64,000 nucleotides of DNA from an uncultured archaeon (lineage in GTDB: Archaea; Thermoproteota; Nitrososphaeria; Nitrososphaerales; Gagatemarchaeaceae). Location: positions 84,084 to 148,083 of the forward strand of contig CAWFOU010000008.1 in the NCBI GenBank assembly GCA_963817525.1. The letters run 5' to 3'. Shown one piece after another: positions 48,199 through 56,457 of this stretch; position 1 is the stretch's first letter, and the number at the start of each line of letters is the position of its first letter. The notes under the pieces were generated by a model. The model was given only the letters and a program-made list of their open reading frames with translations, was not told where the DNA came from and ran no database searches. A program made the position numbers and the translations under genes.

Positions 48199-49031
48199 AC
48201 TTGTCTTCCTCCCTCAGGTTCTTCAATATGGCCGCTATCGTGCCGGTCAGGGCGGGGTCCTCGACGTCCCTGGGCCGCCTCAGGTCGACGAGGTACTGCT
48301 CTTTGATCCTGGCTGGCCCGCGCGAAAGCAGGATCACCCTGTCGCCGAGCGACGCGGCCTCCCTCACGTCGTGGGTGACGAAGAGTATCGTCTTCCCGGT
48401 CCTCTGGTGGATCTCCTGGAGCTGCAGCTGGAGGGTCTCGCGCGTCTTGACGTCGAGCGCGCCGAACGGCTCGTCCATAAGCAGTATCCTCGGGTTCATC
48501 GCCAGCGCCCTCGCTATAGCGACCCTCTGCTTCATCCCGCCGGAGAGCTGGTGGGTGAACGACTTTGCGAACTTTGTTAGGCCGACCATCTCGATGTACT
48601 GGGACACGGTTTTGTTCCTCTCCTCCTTCGGCACGTCGTGTTGCTTCAGGCCGAAGGCCACGTTGTCCTCGACGTTGAGCCACGGGAAGAGCGCGTCCTC
48701 CTGAAAGATCATCACAATGTCCGTGCCTGACCCCGCCACCCTGTGACCGCTCACCACCACGTCGCCCCCGTCGTAGCCATCGAGCCCCGCGATGATGTTC
48801 AGGAGGGTGCTCTTGCCGGAGCCCGAGGGGCCGATGATGGTAACGAACTCTCCCTCGCTGACGTCGAATGTAACGCCATCGAGGACCACCAGGTCTTCGA
48901 GCCCCGCCCCGCCGTGGTTGGGGTAGACCTTTCTGAGGTTCTGGACCTGGAGGATTCTCTCGGTCCTTGCGAGGATGGGAGAGTATGCTCCCCTTTCGCT
49001 GGAGTCGCCCGAGGGCTTCGTGTCTGGCCAC
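48167..49031 (-). CDS. NitT/TauT/SsuB-family ABC ATPase; GTG 49031 is one base out of frame with the body
   Basis: GPSGSGKS, LFPWL.V..NV, LSGGMKQR, MDEPF, FVTHD; ILQVQNLRKVY strand lies in-frame upstream of track start 48889. Confidence 0.88.
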
Positions 49032-49037
49032 TCGCCC

Positions 49038-50243
49038 CTAGCCTGTTACCTGCGGGAGGCCGTACTCCTCCAAGATGGAGTTCAGGATGGTGAGGTTGTA
49101 GAGCCCCGCCAGGCTCTGGGCGGTCGGCGCGACCGTCCCCAAGTCGTTCAAGGCGTACGCGTTCTGCGCCTGCTGCAAGACCGAGGCCTCGAGGGGGCTG
49201 TCGGTGAAGCTCAGCCTGGTCATCGCCGTCTGTATTATGGGGAGCCCTACCGCCCCTCCCGTGAGGTTCCCGAGGACGTCGTTGAGCTCGACGGCCGCCT
49301 GCTGCGGGTTGCTCTGAATCCACTGCGTCTCGTAGAGGTTGGCTGCGACTATCTCCTTGACCACGTCGGGGTGGGAGTGCAAGAAGGCGGTGCTCACCAC
49401 GAGCTCGGCGGTCGAGAAGCCGTTCGGCCAAAGGCTAGCCTCGTTGAGGAAGATGTGCGCGTCCGCGTCTGCGACGAGGATGGCGCCCCACGGCTCGGGG
49501 ACCCACGCCCCGTCGATCTGCCCCTTCTCCATCAGGGCCACGATGTTGGCGTCCGATGTGTCCTCCACCGTGACGTTGCCCGACGGGGCTATGCCGTACC
49601 CGTTCGCGATCAGGTAGTGGCGGAGCGCAATGTCCTGGGTATTCCCGACTCCGGGCGCCGCGAAGGTCTTGCCTCCCAGGTCCTTGACTGAAGTTATGCC
49701 GGAGTCATTGCTGACCACGAAGACCGCTCCGCCGTTCGCGACTCCCGAGACCACCTGTAGCGCCGTGCCGTTCGAGGCGAGGTAGGCGTTCACCGCTGGG
49801 CTAGGCCCGACATAGGCGATGTCGATCTTGCCGGCGAGCAGTGCGGTCATCTCGGGCGAGCCCGAGGTGAAGATGGTCGTGTGGATGGTCGTGGAAGGCC
49901 CGACGAACTTCTGGAAGTCTCCGTCGTTCAGGCCTATCACCGCGGGCGCATGGTTGAGGTTCGCGAAGTAGCCGATGGTGACCACCGAAGCCGAGTTGTT
50001 GGTCGGAGGGTTTGCGGGTAGCGTGAGCGTCTGCGAGACCGTGCTTGTAGAGCTGGCGGTCGATGAGGAGCCTGAGGAAGCATAGGAGGACGACAGGGTA
50101 GAGGCAAGCGTCCCCGTACTCGTCGCCGCCGAGGTGAGAGTCGAGACCCCGTAGCCTGCGGCTACCACGAGCGCCACGACCACTATCACGGCGACCACAT
50201 ACTTGCCGGCGATTCCCGACCTTGTCTGGACGTTTATCTTCAT
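49038..50243 (-). CDS. SsuA-like (sulfonate/sulfate/oxyanion) ABC substrate-binding protein, TM-anchored
   Basis: N-terminal TM, S/T linker, IGYFANLNHAPA, ID.AYVGP.PA, P..GNTQD.ALR, AWVPEPW. Confidence 0.9.
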   Translation of the reverse strand: MKINVQTRSGIAGKYVVAVIVVVALVVAAGYGVSTLTSAATSTGTLASTLSSSYASSGSSSTASSTSTVSQTLTLPANPPTNNSASVVTIGYFANLNHAPAVIGLNDGDFQKFVGPSTTIHTTIFTSGSPEMTALLAGKIDIAYVGPSPAVNAYLASNGTALQVVSGVANGGAVFVVSNDSGITSVKDLGGKTFAAPGVGNTQDIALRHYLIANGYGIAPSGNVTVEDTSDANIVALMEKGQIDGAWVPEPWGAILVADADAHIFLNEASLWPNGFSTAELVVSTAFLHSHPDVVKEIVAANLYETQWIQSNPQQAAVELNDVLGNLTGGAVGLPIIQTAMTRLSFTDSPLEASVLQQAQNAYALNDLGTVAPTAQSLAGLYNLTILNSILEEYGLPQVTG

Positions 50244-50262
50244 TTGTTGACGCGGGGAGGCG

Positions 50263-50386
50263 GTAATTATATGTAATTAACCTTTCATTATATATAATTA
50301 CGATGCGACTAAGGTGCGAGGGTCGAACGTTCTCTCTGGAACCCCTGCGGCCGGCGACCCGAACGGATAATTACAAGTAATTATCC
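50263..50386. promoter_or_regulatory. Divergent promoter with three tandem RTAATTAY-N2-RTAATTAY boxes
   Basis: GTAATTAT-AT-GTAATTAA (50263-50280), TTCATTAT-AT-ATAATTAC (50284-50301), GGATAATTAC-AA-GTAATTATCC perfect palindrome (50365-50386). Confidence 0.7.
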
Positions 50387-50403
50387 AGTCATCGGGATAA
50401 AGC

Positions 50404-50622
50404 GTGACGAAATACACCTCCGTCTCGATCCCCCTGACCCTCCACAAGAGGCTGGAAAAGCTGATCTCCAAGAAGACCGGCTTCAAGTCGGTCTCGGACT
50501 ACGTGACCTACGTCCTGCGGGAGGTCGTCGCGATGCACGAGATGAAAGAAGTGCCGGAGCCCTTCACGAGTACCGACTTGGACGAGATCAAGAAGCGGCT
50601 GCAGGCCCTCGGATACCTTTAG
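50404..50622 (+). CDS. CopG/MetJ-like ribbon-helix-helix regulator
   Basis: KYTSVSIP..L...L..LI..TGF.SVSDYV.YVLRE; C-terminal IKKRLQALGYL. Confidence 0.9.
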   Translation: MTKYTSVSIPLTLHKRLEKLISKKTGFKSVSDYVTYVLREVVAMHEMKEVPEPFTSTDLDEIKKRLQALGYL

Positions 50623-50631
50623 GCGAGCGCA

Positions 50632-51777
50632 ATGGCTAACGCGCCCCACGGCGGGAATCTGGTCCAGATCAAGCAGGCTTCCATTGGCTCCCCATCCCTC
50701 AAGGGTTTCAAAGAGAGCCAGAGGCTGAGAGTGAGCAAGGAGACCGCGACCGTGGTCGCGAACATCGCGAACGGGATATTCAGCCCGCTCGAGGGGTTCA
50801 TGACGGAGAACGACTACCTAAACGTCCTGGAGCACATGCGTCTCGAGGGGGACGTCCCTTGGACGATACCCATCCTGCTCCTCGGCCCAGGCAACAGCGG
50901 GTTCGGCTCCGGCGACGATATCCTGCTCGTCGACGAGGCGGGCCGCCCGGTCGCCATCATGGAGTACGAGGGGAGCTTCGGGATATCCAGGAATGAGTAC
51001 GCGAGGAAGGTCTTCGGGACGGAGGACAAGGCCCATCCCGGGGTCGCGAAGACCTTCGAGGGGAGCAACCGGGCCATCGCCGGGAAGCTGAAGGTCGCGG
51101 TGAAGCCGGACCACGGCGAGTACGCGGACTACACGCTCACGCCGAAGGAGACGCGGATACTATTCGCGGAGAAGGGATGGGACACGGTAGTAGCGTTCCA
51201 GACCCGCAACGCCCCCCACATCAACCACGAATACCTCCAGAAGAGCGCCCTCGCGCTCGTGGACGGGCTCTTCATCAACCCGGTCCTAGGGAAGAAGAAG
51301 GCGGGCGACTTCAAGGACGAGGTGATCCTCGCGACCTACAAGGAATTGCTGGCCAACTACTACCCCAAGAGCTCGGTGGTGATGAGCGTCCTGCACTACG
51401 AGATGCAGTACGCAGGCCCCAAGGAAGCGATAATGCACGCGATAATGCGGAAGAACTTCGGCTGCACGCACATCATCATTGGCCGCGACCACGCGGGGGT
51501 GGGGAACTACTACGGGCCGTACGCCGCGCAGGAGATCTTCAAGGAGTTCCCCGACCTCGGGATAACTCCGCTGTTCTTCAAGGAGTTCTACTACTGCAAG
51601 AGGTGCGCTGGGATCGCGAGCGAGAAGACGTGCCCCCACGGGGAGGAGGACAAGCTCAGCTTCAGCGGCACCAAGCTGCGCAAGATGTTCTCCGAGGGCG
51701 AGGTGCCTCCCAAGGAGTTCATGAGGCCAGAGGTCGCGCAGGCGATACTGAAGTTCGACCGACCGTTCGTGGAATGA
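50632..51777 (+). CDS. sat: Sulfate adenylyltransferase (ATP sulfurylase)
   Basis: PHGG.L, G.FSPLEGFM, W.IPI.L, HPGV, FQTRNAPH..HE, YAGP.EA..HA..RKNFGCTH.IIGRDHAGVG, SGT.LR. Confidence 0.97.
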   Translation: MANAPHGGNLVQIKQASIGSPSLKGFKESQRLRVSKETATVVANIANGIFSPLEGFMTENDYLNVLEHMRLEGDVPWTIPILLLGPGNSGFGSGDDILLVDEAGRPVAIMEYEGSFGISRNEYARKVFGTEDKAHPGVAKTFEGSNRAIAGKLKVAVKPDHGEYADYTLTPKETRILFAEKGWDTVVAFQTRNAPHINHEYLQKSALALVDGLFINPVLGKKKAGDFKDEVILATYKELLANYYPKSSVVMSVLHYEMQYAGPKEAIMHAIMRKNFGCTHIIIGRDHAGVGNYYGPYAAQEIFKEFPDLGITPLFFKEFYYCKRCAGIASEKTCPHGEEDKLSFSGTKLRKMFSEGEVPPKEFMRPEVAQAILKFDRPFVE

Positions 51778-51786
51778 AATGACCTC

Positions 51787-51812
51787 CACGCCCGTGCGGC
51801 TTGCACGGCGTG
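51787..51812. terminator. GC hairpin after sat (terminator or processing element)
   Basis: CACGCC(C)GTGC-GGCTT-GCACGGCGTG, followed by a separate AT-rich TATA-like region at about 51846-51875. Confidence 0.4.
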
Positions 51813-51948
51813 CAAATTATCATCGGTCATAATTCTGGGCCCTCACTAATAATAAATGACTAAGCATTAAATATCGTAAACGGAGGCCCGAATTCGAGAC
51901 TTGTTAGAGGCCCGCGAGAGCCTCAAGTCGATTTGAGAGCGATTCACA

Positions 51949-53361
51949 ATGTCAAAGAAAGTGGCAGTCCTCGGCCTAGACTCCGTGCCGCCGGAGATCC
52001 TGTTTGACAAGCTCATAGACAAGCTCCCCAACTTCAGGAATATCTACCGCGAGGGCCTCCACGGGAGGCTGAGGACGTGCGACCCGCCGATAACGGTCCC
52101 GGCCTGGATGGTGATGATGACCGGGAAGAACCCGGGCGAGCTCGGGATATACGGCTTCAAACACAGGAGGGGCTACTCGTACAGCGACGGCTACATAGTG
52201 ACCTCCAACAATGTGACGGCGAAGACGGTCTGGGAGGTCCTGTCGGACGCGGGGCGCAAGTCGGTCGTCATAGGCGTCCCTCCCGCGTACCCAGTCAAGC
52301 AGGTCGCCAATGCGACCACAGTGTCGTGCTTCCTCACACCATCCGCAGAGAGGCCTTTCACCAACCCCGACGCGCTGAAGGCGGAGGTGGTCAAGGCGGC
52401 GGGCGGGGAATACATCTTCGACGTGACGTTCAGGACAGAGAACAGGGCGGACGTCAAGAAGGAGCTCTTCGAGATGACGGAGAAGAGGTTCGACGTCGCG
52501 GAGTACCTGGCGAAGAGCAGGCCGTGGGACTACTTCATGCTCCACGAGATCGGCTTCGACCGCCTCCATCACGCGTTCTGGAAGTTCTTCGACCCGAAGC
52601 ATCCCAAGTACGTGAAGGGGAACGAGTTCGAGGGTATCGACCTCGAGTACTACTCGATGGTGGACAGGCGCATCGGGGCGCTGCTCCCGCTGTTAGGCGA
52701 GGACTGCACGACGTTCATCGTCTCCGACCACGGGTCGAAGGCGATGCAGGGAGGGTTCTGCATCAACCAGTGGCTCGAGCGGGAGGGGTATCTGAAGTTC
52801 AAGAAGAAGCCCGAGAAGCCCACCGAGCTGGACAAGGCGGAGATAGACTGGGGGAAGACCAAGGCGTGGGGGTGGGGCGGGTACTATGCCCGCATCTTCT
52901 TCAACGTGAAGGGGAGGGAGGCGACGGGCGTGATAGACCAGTCGCAGCTCGAGGCGGAGAAGAAGAAGCTCACAGAGAAGATATTGAAGATAAAGGACCA
53001 CACGGGCAGGACGATGAGGAACTCGGTGAGCGAGCCGGCGAAGCTCTACGGCACGGCGATCGGAGACAAGCCCGACCTGATGGTGTACTTCGACGACCTC
53101 GACTGGAGGTCCGCGGGGACTGTCGGGCACGACTCGCTGTATCTCTTCGAGAACGACACGGGGCCTGACGACTCGGTGCACTCGATGGACGGGGTGTTCA
53201 TGATGCGCGTCCCTGGCCGAGACCTGAAGGGGCGAGAGGTGAAGGGAGCTAGGGTGGAGGAAATGGCCCCGACCATACTCTCCATTCTCGGCATAGACCC
53301 CAAGGGAGCCGGCTTTGGAGGAAAGGCCATCGCGGCCGCGCTCGAAGGGGAGGGGCGATGA
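51949..53361 (+). CDS. Alkaline-phosphatase-superfamily protein (COG3379, type I phosphodiesterase-like)
   Basis: VLGLD, PPITVPAW..M.TGKNPG..GIYGF, DRLHH.FW, IVSDHG, H...GVF; ATGA overlap with cysC. Confidence 0.9.
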   Translation: MSKKVAVLGLDSVPPEILFDKLIDKLPNFRNIYREGLHGRLRTCDPPITVPAWMVMMTGKNPGELGIYGFKHRRGYSYSDGYIVTSNNVTAKTVWEVLSDAGRKSVVIGVPPAYPVKQVANATTVSCFLTPSAERPFTNPDALKAEVVKAAGGEYIFDVTFRTENRADVKKELFEMTEKRFDVAEYLAKSRPWDYFMLHEIGFDRLHHAFWKFFDPKHPKYVKGNEFEGIDLEYYSMVDRRIGALLPLLGEDCTTFIVSDHGSKAMQGGFCINQWLEREGYLKFKKKPEKPTELDKAEIDWGKTKAWGWGGYYARIFFNVKGREATGVIDQSQLEAEKKKLTEKILKIKDHTGRTMRNSVSEPAKLYGTAIGDKPDLMVYFDDLDWRSAGTVGHDSLYLFENDTGPDDSVHSMDGVFMMRVPGRDLKGREVKGARVEEMAPTILSILGIDPKGAGFGGKAIAAALEGEGR

Positions 53362-53900
53362 GCTGGATGTCGAGCGAAGGGTTCACGATCTGGATGACCG
53401 GGCTCCCGGGCTCGGGCAAGTCGACGCTCGCGGGTGTCCTGAAGACCAAGCTCGAGGCACAGGGGAGGCGCGTCGAGATACTGGACGGCGACGAGGTGAG
53501 GAAGGGCCTTTCGCGCGACCTCGGGCTGTCGAGGGAGCACAGGGAGGAGCACGCGTGGAGGGTCTCCTTCGTCTCGAAGCTCCTCTCGAGGAACGGAGTA
53601 ATCTCGATTGTCGCGCTGATCTCTCCATACAAGACCTCGCGGGATAGCGCCAGGCAGATGATAGGGCCGGAGAGGTTCGTCGAGGTCTACGTCAAGGCAT
53701 CCCTGCAGGTGTGCGAGATGAGGGACCCCAAGGGCCTCTACGCAAAAGCGAGGCGGGGCGAGATCACGAACATGACAGGGATCCAGGACCCCTACGAGGA
53801 GCCGACGGACGCTGACATCGTGGTCGAGACCGAGAGAGGGACCCCCGACACGAGCGCCGAGTTCATAATCCAAGAGCTCCGCAGGCGCCGCAAGCTCTAA
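53358..53900 (+). CDS. cysC: Adenylyl-sulfate kinase
   Basis: W.TGLPGSGKST, LDGD.VR..LS.DLG, ISPY, F.EVYV, RDPKGLY, TGI.DPYE.P. Confidence 0.97.
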   Translation: MSWMSSEGFTIWMTGLPGSGKSTLAGVLKTKLEAQGRRVEILDGDEVRKGLSRDLGLSREHREEHAWRVSFVSKLLSRNGVISIVALISPYKTSRDSARQMIGPERFVEVYVKASLQVCEMRDPKGLYAKARRGEITNMTGIQDPYEEPTDADIVVETERGTPDTSAEFIIQELRRRRKL

Positions 53901-53922
53901 CGCGCGGGCTCGGACGGGCGCT

Positions 53923-54423
53923 CTAGAGGTAGCTCGAGTAGCGGCTGCGGACCAGCTTACGCATCTCGTCAGATAGCCTGCTGTCTACGCTCTGCTGCTC
54001 CCTGGTCAGCGACGCCGCCGGTCTCCCGCGGCTCGCGAACACGACAGGCCCCTGGATGTAGCTACCCGGTCCGGTGGGGGCGACGGGGTTCACGGTGCTA
54101 AGGTAGGCCAGGAGAGCGCTCATCCCTTCCTGGGAGTCGTCGGTGACGGCCGCTGCTTGTCGCGGGTCGACCCTCCTAAAGCCGAAGGAAAGTGGCGAGG
54201 GCGGGGGCCTGGCGTCATGGACCGTCCTCGCGCCGAGGATGAACGGCGAGGGCTTGAAGATCGTGTCCAGCTTCAGGTGCCAGGATTCGTCGGGGCTCCC
54301 GACATGGGCGTCGAAGAAGCCGTCCCTGGAGGAGGGGGAGATGGTGAAGCTCCAGCCGCGCGGGTCATTGGAGTAGCGCTGAAGGAGCGTCCGGTAGAGC
54401 GCGTCGCCTCGAAGTATCTCCAT
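53923..54423 (-). CDS. Hypothetical protein
   Basis: ATG 54423 about 25-30 nt after minus-strand TTTATTA; no family recognised. Confidence 0.65.
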   Translation of the reverse strand: MEILRGDALYRTLLQRYSNDPRGWSFTISPSSRDGFFDAHVGSPDESWHLKLDTIFKPSPFILGARTVHDARPPPSPLSFGFRRVDPRQAAAVTDDSQEGMSALLAYLSTVNPVAPTGPGSYIQGPVVFASRGRPAASLTREQQSVDSRLSDEMRKLVRSRYSSYL

Positions 54424-54478
54424 CGAAGGACGCGAGGCGCGTCGAGGGTAATAAAGGTGGCACGGCGGCCGCGCTGTT

Positions 54479-55423
54479 TCAGCCGGCCCCTGAAAGGGTG
54501 TCATGGACCACGGCAGCCAGCGCCTTGATGAAGAGGGGCGACGTGTTCAGGGACTTTGTCCGGACGAACTCGATTCCGGCCTTCTCGGCCTGCTCCCTCG
54601 CCCCGATGTCGATGTCGTAGAGCACCTCCAGGTGGTCGGCTAAGAACTGGACCGGCGCGATGACGACGTGGCTGTAGCCCCCCTCTCGGAGCCTCGGCAT
54701 CATGTCGGCGAAGTCAGGCTTTAGCCACTCCTCCGGGGTGTGGCCGGCGCTCTGGTAGCAGAACATCCAGCGCCCCTCGGGTAGCCTCGCCAGCTCGGCG
54801 ACCGCGGCGGCGGTCTCCTCCAACTGGTGGATGTACCCAGGCTCCCCTTCCACCACCCGCTTGGGCATGCTGTGCGCGGTCAGGAGGACGGGGACCCCCT
54901 CCCTCATGGAGGGCGGCAGGGCGTCCAGCGCCTCGTTCACCCTCTCCGCCAGGGCCTCTAGGAAGTAAGGCTGGAGGTGCCAGTCCTCCGCGACCTTCAG
55001 GGAGAGCCCGTCGCGGTGGAGGGAGGCCACGGCCGAGCTCACGTCTTGCAGGTATCCCCCCATGATGATCGGCGAGTACTGGGGAGACATTATGACCCCG
55101 ACCACGCGCCCGGACTCGGGCGCGGACTCTCGGACGACGTCGGCGATGAGAGGGGGCGAGAACCGCATACCCGCCACCGCGCGATACGAGTTCCCGTCCT
55201 TTAGCCCCGTCAGCTCCTTCTCCAGCGCGGCGGCCTGCTCGTTGGTGATGCGCAGCAGGGGAGAGCCGCCTATCAGCTTGTAGCGGCGGCGGAACTCCGC
55301 GACCAGCGCCTCGTCCGGTTCGCGCCCGCCCCGGACCCTGCGGAGGTACGCCGGTATGTCGTCTGGGCTGGCGGGGGAGCCGTAGGTCATCAGCAAGACG
55401 CAGACCTCTCCGCCGTCGGTCAG
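54479..55423 (-). CDS. hemH: Ferrochelatase (coproporphyrin-type CpfC/HemH), probable CTG start
   Basis: LLMTYGSP, Y..IGGSPL, PQYS, TAHSMP, YQSAG....WL.P, FLADHLE.LYD.D, LN; CTG 55423 overlaps hemE stop (CTGA) with GGAGGT 7 nt upstream. Confidence 0.93.
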   Translation of the reverse strand: MTDGGEVCVLLMTYGSPASPDDIPAYLRRVRGGREPDEALVAEFRRRYKLIGGSPLLRITNEQAAALEKELTGLKDGNSYRAVAGMRFSPPLIADVVRESAPESGRVVGVIMSPQYSPIIMGGYLQDVSSAVASLHRDGLSLKVAEDWHLQPYFLEALAERVNEALDALPPSMREGVPVLLTAHSMPKRVVEGEPGYIHQLEETAAAVAELARLPEGRWMFCYQSAGHTPEEWLKPDFADMMPRLREGGYSHVVIAPVQFLADHLEVLYDIDIGAREQAEKAGIEFVRTKSLNTSPLFIKALAAVVHDTLSGAG

Positions 55424-56457
55424 GCGCTCGACCTCCGCGCGGTCTTCTCGTGCACCAGCCTGACGAGGCTGCGCAGGTTCTCCGGGTCGGTCTCCCTCAG
55501 GACCCCGTGCCCCAAGCTGAAGATGTGGCCCCTGCGGCCCTTCGACTGCCCGACTATCTCTTCCGCCTCGAGATGCATAGCGTCCCCGCCCGCGAGCGCG
55601 AGGACGGGGTCAAGGTTCCCCTGTATGCCCACCCTTCCACCCGACGCCTCCCATGCGTCGGCGATGCGCATCCGCCAGTCCACGCTCAGAACGTCGGGGC
55701 CTGTCTCCACGAACTGCTTCAGGAGGGAGGAGGAGTTGGCGCAGAAGTGTATGCGGGGGACCTTCCCATCGAGCGAGCCCATTATCTCCTTGGTGTATTG
55801 CGAGACGTACCTCTCATAGTCCGAGGGTGAGAGGCATCCCACCCAGCTGTCGAAGAGCTGAACGGCGGCCACGCCGTGGGAAACCTGGGACGCGAGGTAG
55901 GTCTTGACCATCTTGGTCAGGGCGCCCATCAGGCGGTGCCAGGTCTCGGGTTCGCGGTACATCATCTGCTTGGTGAGCTCAAGGTCCCTGCTGGGCCGGC
56001 CTTCGATCATGTATCCTGCCAGCGTGAACGGGGCGCCCGAGAACCCGATGAGGGGGACGGAGTCGTCCAGCTTCTGGAGAGTGGCGTCGATGCCGTCGAA
56101 GACGTAGCCCACGTCCTCCTCGGGGCTGAGGGCCTTCAGGGAGCTGACGTCGTCAGAGGTGCGTATCGGGTTGGTCACTATGGGGCCGACGTTCTCCTCG
56201 ATCCTGAACTGTACGCCCATGCCCTCCAGGGGGAGCATGATGTCGGCGAAGATTATCCCCGCGTCGACGTCCAGCGCCCTAACGGCGTCGACGGCCACCT
56301 GGGAGGAGAGAGCAGGGTCTTTCGCTATCTCGGTGACGGGCCTGTTCCCCTTCACGGCCCTGTAGCTCGGAAGGTACCTCCCCGCCTGCCTCATGAACCA
56401 GACGGGAGTGTGCTCTGGCTCCTTCTTCGTGCACGCGTCGATAAAGGTCGTGTTCAT
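55420..56457 (-). CDS. hemE: Uroporphyrinogen decarboxylase
   Basis: PVWFMRQAGRYLP, IIFADI, LIGFSGAPFTLA.Y, QLFDSW, QGNLDP, LGHG; ATGA overlap with hemL. Confidence 0.97.
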   Translation of the reverse strand: MNTTFIDACTKKEPEHTPVWFMRQAGRYLPSYRAVKGNRPVTEIAKDPALSSQVAVDAVRALDVDAGIIFADIMLPLEGMGVQFRIEENVGPIVTNPIRTSDDVSSLKALSPEEDVGYVFDGIDATLQKLDDSVPLIGFSGAPFTLAGYMIEGRPSRDLELTKQMMYREPETWHRLMGALTKMVKTYLASQVSHGVAAVQLFDSWVGCLSPSDYERYVSQYTKEIMGSLDGKVPRIHFCANSSSLLKQFVETGPDVLSVDWRMRIADAWEASGGRVGIQGNLDPVLALAGGDAMHLEAEEIVGQSKGRRGHIFSLGHGVLRETDPENLRSLVRLVHEKTARRSSA

